A stretch of DNA of 64,000 bases. Origin: Candidatus Poribacteria bacterium (GTDB lineage: Bacteria; Poribacteria; WGA-4E; PCPOR2b). Positions 50,628 to 61,520 of this stretch are shown here, in pieces. A program made the position numbers and the translations under genes. The first letter of the stretch is position 1; every line of letters begins with the position of its first letter. The DNA is taken from contig OZ244587.1 in NCBI GenBank assembly GCA_965218095.1, positions 1,632,001 through 1,696,000 of the forward strand. Reading direction: 5' to 3'. The notes below the pieces were generated by a model, which was not told the DNA's origin, did not search any database, and saw only the letters and a list, made by a program, of their open reading frames with translations.

Positions 50628-51252
50628 ATGACTACCAAACAAAGAAAAGAAGAATACACACTTCAGGAAATAATCAACCTTTGGGGCAATTCCTCTCTTT
50701 TTCAAACAGGCTCTAAAGCTCGCGACGACAGTCGGTTGGATTCCTGCCGACACGGCTATGCCTGTGATGATGAAAACGTCACAATTTTTATCATTATCAG
50801 AACACAATGGGAGAGGTTGGCTCAAGGCCGACGATCGGAAGTATGGTAATTGCGGATATTTTGCGTCATGACATCAAAACTGTGTATATCACGGGTTTTC
50901 CAAATTACGTGTCAGAAAAGCAACCTGAAGGTGTGAGCCTGCACGAGCATGAGACGAGGAAAGACTTCGATTTCCTACGACATTTGGCGGGGCGGTGTGG
51001 TGGATAAAAAGTTTTGTCGAGGCATTTCAAAATTCGGGCGGTAAGTTTCTTTGTACCGAACAACTCAGCAATGCGGATGCCCTTGGATCACTTATCATTA
51101 AGAAGCTTCACCCCGTGCGATATACGACGGTCGATCATTATCACAACACGATGACAGCAGTCGGCACGGGTCCTGTGGCAGGAACTCTTGCCATTACCGA
51201 TATTTTGAAACACGACATCAAATCTGCATATATCACAGGTTTTCCTTCATGA
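50628..51252 (+). pseudogene. Fragmented gene(s) with duplicated motif resembling sialyltransferase (GT29)-like proteins
   Basis: RPTIGSMVIADILRHDIKTVYITGFP and GPVAGTLAITDILKHDIKSAYITGFP in separate short frames. Confidence 0.4.
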
Positions 51253-51428
51253 TCGATTACCTGACACACCCTGAGTTTGTCAGGTACAACCCGGGGTTGC
51301 CACTGTCAGCACAAGGACGTCATTTGTGTAGATGTTAAAGAAATTGTGTGTTAAACTTACTCCTATTTATGGTGATTTGTTTAATTCTGTTAAAGCGAAG
51401 GAACACTCATGATTACAAGGGGAAATCG

Positions 51429-53379
51429 ATGAATTTCCGACAGAAAATCACACTACATCTTTTGCTCTATATCGCTCTGTGCAGCGCTGCATTCGCGCAA
51501 GTCGTCGACATCCCCGCCCCCAACCTCCAAGTTGCAATCCGTCAAGAACTCCAACTACTCCCCGGCAGTAGGATTACAAAAGAAGACATGCTGTGGCTAG
51601 AAAGGCTAAACGCAGCCCGCCACGATATAATTGACCTTATGGGCTTAGAACACGCAACTAATCTGGCAAGTTTGTCCTTATGGGGAAATCAACTCGCCGA
51701 ACTAACACCGATAGCCAACCTCCGAAGATTGACATACCTTGATACGGCTGCCTGCTCCATTTCAGATATAAGCGTGGTATCAAACCTCGTTAGTTTAACC
51801 ACTCTAAACGTTAGGTTTAACCAGATTGTCGATATTAGCCCGCTCGCCAACCTGACAGACCTAGTTTCGCTGTGTTACGCCACTAGCAAATCTCACACAA
51901 CTCACCGAATTGTACCTGAGCGATAATCGCATTGCAGATATTAGCCCGCCTGCAAGTTTAACAAAATTGGATTCGCTAGACATTCGACGTAACCCCGTTA
52001 CTGACTACACCCCGCTTGATGGACTCGCTTTAACCCATTTTTTATACGACGAATTTTGCGAACACCTGCCGCTTCCCGTACGCGACAGGATTCATAATAG
52101 AAACTACCCGTCCATATTCGCGAGATGGAGTGGATTAGGTTGGGTTCCTATTAGCAATCGTCCCGAACTATCAGATATGGAAAATGTAGCACGTCATGAT
52201 TTATGGTTCAGCGTCAACATGTTTGGATTAACCTTCTTCGAAACGCCTGACGGATTTAAGATGTCGGGCGAGATTGACAAGGCGATACGCCGGCGAGATG
52301 AATTTCTTGCCCTCAATCCCAATATGGTTTTTCTTGTTACGATTGCTATGAGAACGTACTCACTCAATGCTTTTCCGGAAGACTGGCCATATTGGATAAG
52401 GGACGCACAGGGGAACATCCAGCGCGAAGGATTAGTTGATTTTACGCACCCGGACATCCAGGATAGAATTGTTCAACAGGCTATAACGGTATCAAGGTGT
52501 GGCTTATATGACGGTATTATCTTCGATTGGTGGAACGAGCATGGTGCCGTTCTTGCCGATTTTGATGGGAATTGGGAAGATAAATATCGCGGAAATGAAG
52601 CCGAACAACGCGCTCGAGACAACATCGTACGCGGCATCCGGGCTGCAACTCGACCCGACTTTTTGATAATGGGCAACACCAATCGAACCAAAATCCCACG
52701 TACAGGGCCTTACATCAACGGCGGCTTTATGGAAACCGTCGTACCTCATGATAGAATTGGCGCAGTCCTCGAACAACACCTGAACGAGGTTGAAGACTCG
52801 CTGCTTTGGCTAGATCAAAATCTACGAGAACCACAAATAAACGGACTGGAAGGTTTGAGTGTTCTCACTGAGCCACCAGATAGCTAAACCAATCTTCGGT
52901 GGATGCGAGCTATCACAACCTTGAGCCTCACGTATTCCGATGGCTATGTTCTTTTCACCGAAAGCATAAAATACACCCACTATTGGTACGACTTTTGGGA
53001 CGCCGACCTCGGTCGCCCTGTCGGTCCAAAAGCCCAATTGTACGACAACTGCCCCGGTCTCTATATTCGCGAATTCACGAACGGGTGGGCGGTGTACAAC
53101 CACAGCGGCAAGCCGCAGATAATAACCTTGCCAGAAAAAGTGCAAGCTGTAGCAAGCGGTTTGGTGAACACCGAGCACGCCCTCCCTAACCTCGACGGCG
53201 AGATGTACTTTCGCATTAAGCCGAAGAATCGCGCGGATGTCAATGGCGATGGAGTGGTGAATATCCTAGACTTGACGCTGGTTGCCCAAGGCTTCGGCAC
53301 AGATAAATCTGGTGTGGACGTGAATGGGGATGGGGTCGTCAATGTGTTTGACCTTGTGTTCATAGCGAACCAATTTTGA
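51429..53379 (+). pseudogene. Secreted LRR + putative glycoside hydrolase-like domain + dockerin protein, disrupted
   Basis: Signal peptide, LRRs; frameshift near 51880-51910; YDGIIFDWW domain; in-frame TAA 52885 continuing TNLRWMR; two DVNGDGVVN repeats. Confidence 0.8.
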
Positions 53380-53455
53380 TAAAGACAGTGATTGGTGGAG
53401 AGTTAAAAGCGGAATCTTTTGTTTTTGCTCGCTTGTGGATTTATGACCAAACACC

Positions 53456-53591
53456 TGTCGCCCCGCTGGGGCTTATGTTTGTTGAGGGAGGGAACGACGA
53501 TAAGAGAGGAAATCGGGGATTTGACGATCCCCGATCCTACGAAGAAAGAATTGTTGTCGCCGGCTATACACGTGTCGCCCCGCTGGGGCTT
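53456..53591. repeat. Two direct copies of palindromic REP TGTCGCCCCGCTGGGGCTT
   Basis: Copies at 53456-53474 and 53573-53591. Confidence 0.75.
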
Positions 53592-53605
53592 TTTAAGGAG
53601 TTTTG

Positions 53606-54073
53606 ATGATAGATTATCTGACACATCCGAAGTTTTTGAATTGTGATCCATCTATCCTGCCGTCTAGCCAAGGTGGTGGCGGCGGGATGGGGGTGAAAAC
53701 ACATCGCGTCCTCGAGGCATTGTCGGACGTTTATCCGCGAACGCGGAGGATATGCGATTTGAGTGAGATTACGGCGGATACGGTACTGATAGAGCCGCTG
53801 CGTTTCACCCTGCCAACGGAAGGCTATGGCGACAGAGAATATGAAAGTGTTGAAAGATTGATTCATGGACTACGGAATCACAAGGGGCGTAAAATTCTGT
53901 ATTGTAGCGAATTGACACTGATGCGTATGCCCCCATTCCTGCACGGGCAAGTGCTGGGCTTGTGTAACCTAATCACAACGAATTGTAAATTCCAGGCGAA
54001 TATGTTCAAGTACGTGAACGTGTATACCAATCGATGTAGATATTCAGCGCCGTATTTTTCTTGCGCCGATTGA
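53606..54073 (+). pseudogene. Truncated hypothetical (possibly glycosyltransferase-like) gene
   Basis: MIDYLTHP...GGGGGMGVKT; junction near 54031 with unrelated remnant; paralogous start at 51249. Confidence 0.45.
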
Positions 54074-54185
54074 GGGAAAACTGGCGGAAGAGATTCGGGC
54101 AATTGCGAAGAAACAAGAACTGGTTTTGGAAACGCCCGTCAATCTCTGGCTGCAAGAAAAGCTGATGGAAGCACATCAGAATTGA
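54033..54185 (+). pseudogene. C-terminal remnant of CopG-family antitoxin
   Basis: Hand translation DVDIQRRIFLAPIEGKLAEEIRAIAKKQELVLETPVNLWLQEKLMEAHQN. Confidence 0.5.
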
Positions 54186-54205
54186 TGAGAATCAGGAGAA
54201 CAACA

Positions 54206-55255
54206 ATGGTCAGAATCGGAATTATCGGCATCGGTTTTATGGGGATGATTCACTACTACGGAACGAAGAAAATCTCTGGCGGCGAAGTTGTCGCTATCTG
54301 CACGCGCGATCAGAAAAAGCTGGCTGGCGATTGGACGAACATTCAAGGGAATTTCGGTCCGCGCGGTGGTATCGAAGATCTCTCCCACCTCCGGAAGTAC
54401 AATCGGATCGAAGATCTTCTCGCGGATAACGACATCGACATGGTGGACATCTGCTTGCCGACGCATCTGCATAAAGAGGCTAGCATCGCCGCGCTCAAAG
54501 CCGGAAAGCACGTCCTTGTCGAAAAACCGATTGAGATTCGGCCCGACGGTGCAAACGAGATAGTACAGGTCGGTGCGGAAAGCGGCCGCCAGTTTATGGT
54601 GGCACATGTACTGCCGTTTTTCGCGGAATTCGCTTATGCGAAACAGGCGGTCGAAGGTGGGGAATACGGGAATCTGCTCGGTGGGCATTTCAAGCGAGTT
54701 ATCTCTCAGCCGACATGGCCTCAAGATTTCACCGACCTGGAAAAAAGCGGCGGGCCGGGGATCGATCTGCACATCCATGACACCCATTTCATCCGATTGC
54801 TTTGTGGCGTCCCTGATGCCGTATTTTCCCAAGGGAAACTCGCTAGCGGTGATTTTGTAGAGTACCTCACGACGCAGTATATCTACAAGGACAAAAATCT
54901 CTCAATCAGTTGCTCATCGGGAGCGGTGTCTCAACAGGGGCGAGCGTTTTCGCACGGCTTCGAGCTCTATCTAGAGAAAGCAACGCTGCTGTATGAGTTC
55001 GCAACGCTTGGCGGTGAACCGGTCACCTCAACCCCGTTGGCTCTGTTGACTGACAATGGAGAGGTTCACAAAGTTGAGCTCGGTGAGGTAGACTCCATTG
55101 ACGCCTTTACCGGCGAGATCCAGTATGCCGTTGATGCCATCAATCAGGGGAGCGAACCAACTGCACTCTCAGGAACGGGTGCAAGGGATGCGCTTCTGCT
55201 TTGCTATAAAGAGGCTGAGTCGGTCAAAACAGGCGAAATCGTGTCGATCTCTTGA
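54206..55255 (+). CDS. Gfo/Idh/MocA family oxidoreductase
   Basis: GIIGIGFMG, HVLVEKP, DLHIHD; RBS AGGAG. Confidence 0.93.
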   Translation: MVRIGIIGIGFMGMIHYYGTKKISGGEVVAICTRDQKKLAGDWTNIQGNFGPRGGIEDLSHLRKYNRIEDLLADNDIDMVDICLPTHLHKEASIAALKAGKHVLVEKPIEIRPDGANEIVQVGAESGRQFMVAHVLPFFAEFAYAKQAVEGGEYGNLLGGHFKRVISQPTWPQDFTDLEKSGGPGIDLHIHDTHFIRLLCGVPDAVFSQGKLASGDFVEYLTTQYIYKDKNLSISCSSGAVSQQGRAFSHGFELYLEKATLLYEFATLGGEPVTSTPLALLTDNGEVHKVELGEVDSIDAFTGEIQYAVDAINQGSEPTALSGTGARDALLLCYKEAESVKTGEIVSIS

Positions 55256-55322
55256 TGATACAGAGGACAAGGAAACGAAATAGATCACAGATTGGCGGGT
55301 GGGCGAAAATGTGTAAACGGGG

Positions 55323-55733
55323 TCATTTACTCCATGTACTTTTCACCCACTCTCTAAAAAGGTGCCTCACTTCTTTCGGCGTCGCCAGCGATAGCCAAAA
55401 AGGCCGATAATTGCTGCCCCAGCAGATCTCGTTCTCTCCAATCTCCAAGCGGCGAAGCCCTCGAAATGTATTGAAGCAGTGGAGCCCAAGAACTAGCATA
55501 ACGAAAAATGTTGACAAGTGAGTCGAATTCCAATGGCCATATTTAACGATCAATATTCCGTAGGCACTGAGCGCGATGCCAAAAAAGGCGGCCCCGACAA
55601 CTGCTGCCTTTCGCCGTTTCGGTTTAATCAGATGAAACAGCACGGCGCCCATCTGTCTTTTGTTCCAAAAGCTCAAGCAAATAGAGGGACCGATGCTAGC
55701 CAAAACCAGGATTGTTAGGATTCCTGCCGACAT
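55323..55733 (-). CDS. Hypothetical membrane protein
   Basis: Three hydrophobic segments; RBS GGAGG. Confidence 0.55.
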   Translation of the reverse strand: MSAGILTILVLASIGPSICLSFWNKRQMGAVLFHLIKPKRRKAAVVGAAFFGIALSAYGILIVKYGHWNSTHLSTFFVMLVLGLHCFNTFRGLRRLEIGENEICWGSNYRPFWLSLATPKEVRHLFREWVKSTWSK

Positions 55734-55766
55734 AAGGATGAATCTCCTCCAACTTTTGGGGAGCTA

Positions 55767-56249
55767 TCACAATTCCCGAATCTCAACCTCCAGTGAATCC
55801 AGATCCACAATGGCAACCGTGGACCTGCCGGTTGTCCAACCGCCTGTTTCGCCAGGATTGACGATGACCGATTTCTCCTTGCGAACATCAATCTCATGCG
55901 TATGCCCGTAGATCACGATGTCGTACTCGCCGCTTTTGGCGATGGGCTCGGCAAGTTCGGGGTAGTGCATCGCGGCGATCTTGCGTCCACCAACCTCCAC
56001 GCTTGCAAGGTTGGGATGAATCTCTCCAACTTCCTCAAATCGCTTGGCGACCATGATGCGCTCCCCGTCGTTGTTGCCGAAGACACCCACAACCCGACAC
56101 TTCAAGTCACCCATCGCCGCCACCGCAAATGGCGCAATGAAATCGCCGGCATGTATGACCAATTCAACCCCTTCGCCGTTGAACAACTCAACGGCTTTCT
56201 TGATCATTGGAACGTTGTCGTGACTGTCCGAAAAAACGCCAATTTTCAT
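55767..56249 (-). CDS. Metallophosphoesterase, YfcE/MJ0936 family
   Basis: SDSHDN, HAGD, GNND, YGHTH, NPGE. Confidence 0.93.
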   Translation of the reverse strand: MKIGVFSDSHDNVPMIKKAVELFNGEGVELVIHAGDFIAPFAVAAMGDLKCRVVGVFGNNDGERIMVAKRFEEVGEIHPNLASVEVGGRKIAAMHYPELAEPIAKSGEYDIVIYGHTHEIDVRKEKSVIVNPGETGGWTTGRSTVAIVDLDSLEVEIREL

Positions 56250-56276
56250 GTCAACCTCCTAGGTTCTGTTGACATT

Positions 56277-56715
56277 TCAAGGGAGCCATATAAGAGTGGA
56301 GACAAAGCTGAGAAATCCAAAATAACGGATAGCTAACTTCTCGAACCGAGAGAAGATGCGGCGATACCATTTTATCTTGTTAATGAAACATTCAACCCGA
56401 TGTCTCTCTTTGTACAGATGTTTGTCGTAATCTCTTTGATCCACACGATGACTTTTGGGCGGTATCACCGCAATCGCTCCATTCGCCTCAATAACCGCGA
56501 TAAAATTGTCAGAGTCATATCCCTTGTCTCCAATCACATACTCGCTTTTATATCCAAGTATCAACGCTTCTGCTTCTGCTATGTCGTTTCTTTGACCGGG
56601 CGTCAGATGTATTCTTAGTGGATTACCCAGGCCGTCAACGATGATGTGAATTTTTGTACTGAATCCCCCGCGAGAGCGACCTAACGCTTGGTTTTCAGTG
56701 CCACCCTTTTTTTTA
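56277..56715 (-). CDS. IS5-family transposase OrfB (reached by -1 frameshift at A8)
   Basis: ALGRSRGGFSTKIH, GDKGYD, YKERHRVECFINKIK..RR. Confidence 0.9.
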
Positions 56716-57037
56716 AGGCACCCGCCACACACGGGTGCGCTCGAATGATTGTACTGTCCACAATAAGCGACTCGATATCGGGGTCGGCGGCGAAGTGGGG
56801 GTGCATCTGTGTGAAGATACCTTTGTCGCACCATCGAGCAAACCGCTTGTAGCGGGTGTTCCATTTGCCATAGGTGTCTGGTAGAAGTCTCCATTGAGCC
56901 CCGCTACGAGTCACCCACAGGACGGCTTCGACGAAGCGGCGTGTAGCAGCTTCGTCGCCAACATAGATGGTGAGACAGCTAAGAAGAAACCGGTATATCT
57001 TATTCCATTGTTCATCAGGTAAGGTTATTGGCGTCAT
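56681..57037 (-). CDS. IS5-family transposase OrfA
   Basis: LPDEQW, RRFVEAVLWVTRSGAQWRLLP..YGKW, VDSTIIRAH. Confidence 0.9.
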   Translation of the reverse strand: MTPITLPDEQWNKIYRFLLSCLTIYVGDEAATRRFVEAVLWVTRSGAQWRLLPDTYGKWNTRYKRFARWCDKGIFTQMHPHFAADPDIESLIVDSTIIRAHPCVAGALKKRVALKTKR

Positions 57038-57237
57038 TCTTCTATTATGCCACAACCTTATACTCAAATGTCAACAGAACCTAGTTTGAAATCCAAGATC
57101 TAGTTATAGCAACAATCTATTCTTTGCGAGGTCGAATGTGTAAATTCTACACTCCTTGTGGAGACTACTACATCCTCACCAACTAGCACCAAAGGTTAAT
57201 AGACCCTGGCTTTATCTCGGCATTTGCCGCCCAGGAG

Positions 57238-57543
57238 CTAATAGCATGGCACGCCCAGATATTTGCCTAGAATATCCCACAGGGCGATGTCAATGGCACT
57301 GAGCGCCCCCATAATTGCCGCCCCCCGAGAAAATGACTCACCGGTACAGATATTGCAGTGATGTTCAATCCGAAGGGGATTCTGCCCAATCAGGTGGCGT
57401 TTGAAGGTGTCGACTGCTTTTTCAGATGCCTCCAAGTATCCCCAGGCCCCCGATTCTCCTAAACCGGTAATTCCTTCGTCAGTGATCGCCTGCACAAAAA
57501 GGTAACTGTCAACCGGAATTGTTTTTATCTCGACAATCTTCAT
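57238..57543 (-). pseudogene. N-terminal remnant of mandelate racemase/galactonate dehydratase family enzyme
   Basis: TDEGITGLGE, SAIDIALWDILGKYLGVPCY then stop; catalytic barrel missing. Confidence 0.85.
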
Positions 57544-57835
57544 AACGTTCCTCCAAACCTTCGTGACCCGGCTTGAATTGGTCTTGCTCTTTGGGTGTAA
57601 CGCTGAATGAGTATAGCACGAGATAGTAAACTGTGCAAGCACAATTTCTGGCGGCGTGAAGTATAAACTTAGTAAGCTGCAATTTTTTGATGAAGTTTTT
57701 CGCGGTATTGGAGTTATATTAAATTTGTCAATAATGAAGTTCAGAGGCACAGAAGCCGATGGGATTACATTTTCCCTGGATTTCTATGTTCAATTTGTCA
57801 AATTATCCCAAAACAAGAAAGGAGACCATTAACAT

Positions 57836-58274
57836 GATGGTTAACCATAGACGACAAACACGCACACCAGTGTTGAACACTCTTACAGAGCAAGTAAGTG
57901 AATCAATATCTGGAAACCTCCTCACATCCCCCGTGCACCACATTGCAGTTGCACACACAGGCGTCGGATTTGAGGAATGGACGGAAACGCCACAAAATCC
58001 ATCCCGTTGCACAACTCCGTTCCGAGAGTCCGCAGACCGGACTCCGAAGGATCAGAGCCCTGATCTTGCGAGGGGCTTTTGTTTGGCCCAACTTTCAGTC
58101 ATTCAGAGAAACACAGGTTTCGGTTTTAGGGAGACATACAAGCGCTCCTCATTGATTTGCGAAACAACTTTTTCATCGCCAAAGGAGGCAGGAAATGGGA
58201 GGTACTTTAGCGTCCGATTTTGGACAAGAGCACGATTACGAGAAAGGCATAGGCCACGAGAAGATTCCGGCTAA
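57836..58274 (+). CDS. Possible hypothetical protein upstream of ECF sigma
   Basis: AAAGGAG RBS before ATG; no recognisable family. Confidence 0.3.
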
Positions 58275-58353
58275 ATTGGCAGGCGTCCCCAGGGGGAAGG
58301 GCCCTGGTTGGATTGCCTGCCTTTCGACGACGGCACAGCCGAAGGAGGTGAGC

Positions 58354-58947
58354 ATGAGACGATCCGATGAAGACCTTATGTTTTCCGTTAAAGATGGAGA
58401 TAGCGCGGCATTTGAAACTTTAACTAAGCGTCACTATGTAAATACCTTGAACTTTATTTATCGTTTCGTGAACAATCGCATGCTTGCGGAGGATTTGTGC
58501 CAGGAAACGTTCCTGCGCCTTTGGCGTAGCACACCGACCTATCAGCCGCTTGCGAAATTTACCACTTTCCTTTACCATATCGCAAAGAATGTATGTTTGA
58601 AGCAGCTTGCGAAAGACCAGCGTATTCCCAAGTTGTCATCGCTCGACGAACCACTTTTTAACGAGTGTAACAGTGACTACAATCTCTCAGAGGAGATTGA
58701 GGATAACCGGTACTTGCCGGAGGAAACGACGATTGCCAAAGAGGCGGATGAAGCCATCCGTTCGGCGATCGGTGACCTCTCGGAAGAGCATCGGTTGGTT
58801 TTCGTTTTGACAGAGTTACAAGGATTGTCGTATCAGGAGGTCGCTGAGATTGCTCGGTGTCCTATTGGTACGGTCGCTTCTCGGAAGAATGCAGCGGTCA
58901 GGCAACTTCAGAGAAGTTTGACACGATACATCAAGAGCATAGATTAA
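58354..58947 (+). CDS. ECF sigma-70 family RNA polymerase sigma factor
   Basis: DEDLM, AEDLCQETFLRLW, LSYQEVAEI..CPIGTVASR; RBS AAGGAGGT. Confidence 0.93.
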   Translation: MRRSDEDLMFSVKDGDSAAFETLTKRHYVNTLNFIYRFVNNRMLAEDLCQETFLRLWRSTPTYQPLAKFTTFLYHIAKNVCLKQLAKDQRIPKLSSLDEPLFNECNSDYNLSEEIEDNRYLPEETTIAKEADEAIRSAIGDLSEEHRLVFVLTELQGLSYQEVAEIARCPIGTVASRKNAAVRQLQRSLTRYIKSID

Positions 58948-59001
58948 TCAGCTTTCTGCTTCAATCTGTAGTGGTCAGGAAGATGGTAGACATCATTCCT
59001 T

Positions 59002-59061
59002 GTAGGGTGGGCACCGCCCACCAAAAGCACCGAAGCACGCGGTGGGCAGTGCCCACCCTAC
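59002..59061. repeat. GTAG-type REP doublet (REPIN)
   Basis: GTAGGGTGGGCACCGCCCACC ... GGTGGGCAGTGCCCACCCTAC. Confidence 0.85.
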
Positions 59062-59331
59062 GATTTGTCGCTTAGATTTGGTGAACAAAAGTGTCTATCA
59101 TCCTATTGATCATTACACTTTCCGCTTCAATCGCAGATTTTGGATTGAAATCACAGTTTTGGGTTTCGGGTAATTGTGCCGTTGGCGGGATGTTATCTCT
59201 CGCCAGGAACATCAGTGAAGCGCCTGCCGCCGCACCCGAAACCCTTTTTTTGCGCGAACTAGTAGCGCATAGCCTGCCCTCGATGCAATCGAGGTCTACC
59301 GGCTTGCGCACTCAAAGTCAAGTTACGCACG

Positions 59332-59685
59332 ATGAAAATACCAATCAAACAATATCAAGAACTCCTTGCTGATTATCTCAAGCCACAATGGCCCAGAGTC
59401 ATTTTGCTATCCCTGCTATTGCTTGGCGGTATCGGTGCCCAAACCTTCAATCCACAGATGATGCGGTATTTTATCGACGCGGCGGTGACGGGAAGTCCGC
59501 TTGGAAAGCTGGTCATAGCGGCGTTCATTTTTATGGGCGTGGCGATCCTCCACCAAATCTTCGCTGTCTCTGCGAGGTATGTGAGCGAGAAGGTTGGCTG
59601 GATAAGGTATTTGCGTGAGTTCATGGCGTTTTTTGGCTTCAAGATAATTGCGTGCGCTTCCGTATTTTTTGCAAATTTTGCGTAA
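59332..59685 (+). pseudogene. N-terminal remnant of ABC exporter permease/ATPase
   Basis: YLKPQW..LLL..NPQMMRYFID..VGW then abrupt divergence. Confidence 0.7.
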
Positions 59686-59822
59686 TCTGAGCGTTGTTGG
59701 ATCCGGATTCTTCGCCTGTTCAGCCCGCATCCGGTTTCCGTGTTCGATCCACTCGGTCAGGTGTTCAATCCGAACTTTCACAAGTTCGGCTACGCATCAA
59801 GACTAATTTTAAGCGCAGTATT

Positions 59823-60635
59823 ATGCTGTCTACAAGACAAATGCACCCAAACACACTTCACAAGTACTGGAAAACCACAACCATCGCCGCGGCGGGCTAT
59901 GCGGGCAATAACCTGTTGTTCTTGATGGACTATCTGCTGCGCTTTCTGCGGGTAGCGGTGCTGCTCTCCATTTGGCGCGTTATCCTTGAAGGCAAAGACG
60001 AGGTTTCGGGCATGACGCTGGAATCTGTGCTGACCTACACATTGGTCTCGGAGGTTTTCAGGGAACAGCTTGCGCTCCGTGTCAAGTTAGATACCGCACT
60101 CTGGGAGGGTTCCATCGCGACCCGCTTCCTGCGCCCGATTGGCGTCTTCGGGCAATTCATTTCGGAGATGGTTGGTAGGTGGATCTTTGGATTCTGCCTG
60201 TTCTCAGCCCCTCTGTTACTCGTTGCGCCAATATTGGGTGTAAACTCTTTGCCTGCAAGTGCAGAAGCCGCCGGGCTGTTTGTGCTGAGTTTGGCGTTGG
60301 CGATTTCGGTTGGACTGGCGTTGGAGTTCGCTTACGGTGCGCTGATGGTCGCACTGGAACACAATCTCTACACGCTCGACATGGTACGCAACGCCATCGG
60401 TGCCGTGCTTTCAGGGGCGCTGTTGCCGCTCGCGCTGCTGCCATGGCGACTCGGAGAGATCTTCGCGTGGCTGCCTTTCGCTTCAATGGCATCCGCACCG
60501 CTGCAGATCTACGTTGGGACAGGCAATACCTTTCGGCTAATCGTAGTGCAGATAGGTTGGTCGATTCTCCTATGGCCTGCCGCGTATGGGTTGTGGCGGA
60601 AATATCGTGAAAAGCTGGTGTCTCATGGAGGGTAA
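59823..60635 (+). CDS. ABC-2 family transporter permease
   Basis: GSIATRFLRP, LSGALLPL, LPFASM..P, terminal HGG. Confidence 0.88.
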   Translation: MLSTRQMHPNTLHKYWKTTTIAAAGYAGNNLLFLMDYLLRFLRVAVLLSIWRVILEGKDEVSGMTLESVLTYTLVSEVFREQLALRVKLDTALWEGSIATRFLRPIGVFGQFISEMVGRWIFGFCLFSAPLLLVAPILGVNSLPASAEAAGLFVLSLALAISVGLALEFAYGALMVALEHNLYTLDMVRNAIGAVLSGALLPLALLPWRLGEIFAWLPFASMASAPLQIYVGTGNTFRLIVVQIGWSILLWPAAYGLWRKYREKLVSHGG

Positions 60636-60644
60636 CAAAAGTCA

Positions 60645-61520
60645 ATGGGTTCAGGAGTTCATCAGTTCAGGCGTTCATTCACGTTTTACGTTTCACGCAT
60701 CTTCCAACTTTGGCGCGTCCACGCCTACTTGGATCTGATATGGGTGATGCGCGATTTGAGAAATGTGATTATCTACTACCTGTCAGACGTCATCTTAAAT
60801 ATCGCTAGAGTCACGGGAACCTTGTTGCTTGCCGAGCGATTTGAAGGCATTGGATCGTGGACAAAGTTTCAGGTCACCTTCATGCTCGGCTACGGAATAG
60901 CCGTGGGTGGAATCGTGTACACTTTCTTTGGTTACAATGTCGCCACCATCAGTCGGCGTTTGGGGCGCGGGCAGTTAGATCACACGTTGATTCAGCCGCA
61001 GCCCATCTGGATTTGCCTGCTGACGGAGGGATTCAACCCATTTTCGGGGTCGGCGATTCTCTTTTCTGGCTTCGGGTTGATAGTTTGGGCGGGGGTTAAA
61101 CTGTCATTCACCGTATCCCTCGGTTGGTTCGCAATGAGTCTCCTGAATCTTGTAGCATCTTCAGCCATCATGCTATCGTTTTCGTTTTTGTGGGGGAGTT
61201 TGGCATTCTGGGCACCGCGTGGAGCGGAGGAAATCAGCAGTTCAACGAATCGGTTGATGAACCAACTCAGTCCTTTTCCGCTCGATGGACTGGCACCTTC
61301 CCTATTAGGGGGAATGCTCACGGTTTGTCCGGTGGGCTTTGTCGCGTGGTATCCGTGCCGTTATCTTTTGGGGCTAGACGTCCGCGCTTGGAGCGGTTGG
61401 GTAACCCCATTGGCTGCGATTTTTTTTGGCGCAGCTACAGTGTTCTTTTTTCTGAAGGGATTGAAACATTATGGTCAAACCGGATCACAACGATACCTCA
61501 GATTCGGACATCGTAATTGA
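60645..61520 (+). CDS. ABC-2 family transporter permease
   Basis: GQLDHTLIQP, multiple TM, GLKHYGQTGS. Confidence 0.9.
   Translation: MGSGVHQFRRSFTFYVSRIFQLWRVHAYLDLIWVMRDLRNVIIYYLSDVILNIARVTGTLLLAERFEGIGSWTKFQVTFMLGYGIAVGGIVYTFFGYNVATISRRLGRGQLDHTLIQPQPIWICLLTEGFNPFSGSAILFSGFGLIVWAGVKLSFTVSLGWFAMSLLNLVASSAIMLSFSFLWGSLAFWAPRGAEEISSSTNRLMNQLSPFPLDGLAPSLLGGMLTVCPVGFVAWYPCRYLLGLDVRAWSGWVTPLAAIFFGAATVFFFLKGLKHYGQTGSQRYLRFGHRN

Larger units (their letters stand above)
56262..57081 (-). mobile_element. IS5-family element (820 bp, two-ORF frameshifted type)
   Basis: Perfect 16-bp TIR GGTTCTGTTGACATTT; TA duplication within CTAG context at both ends. Confidence 0.92.
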
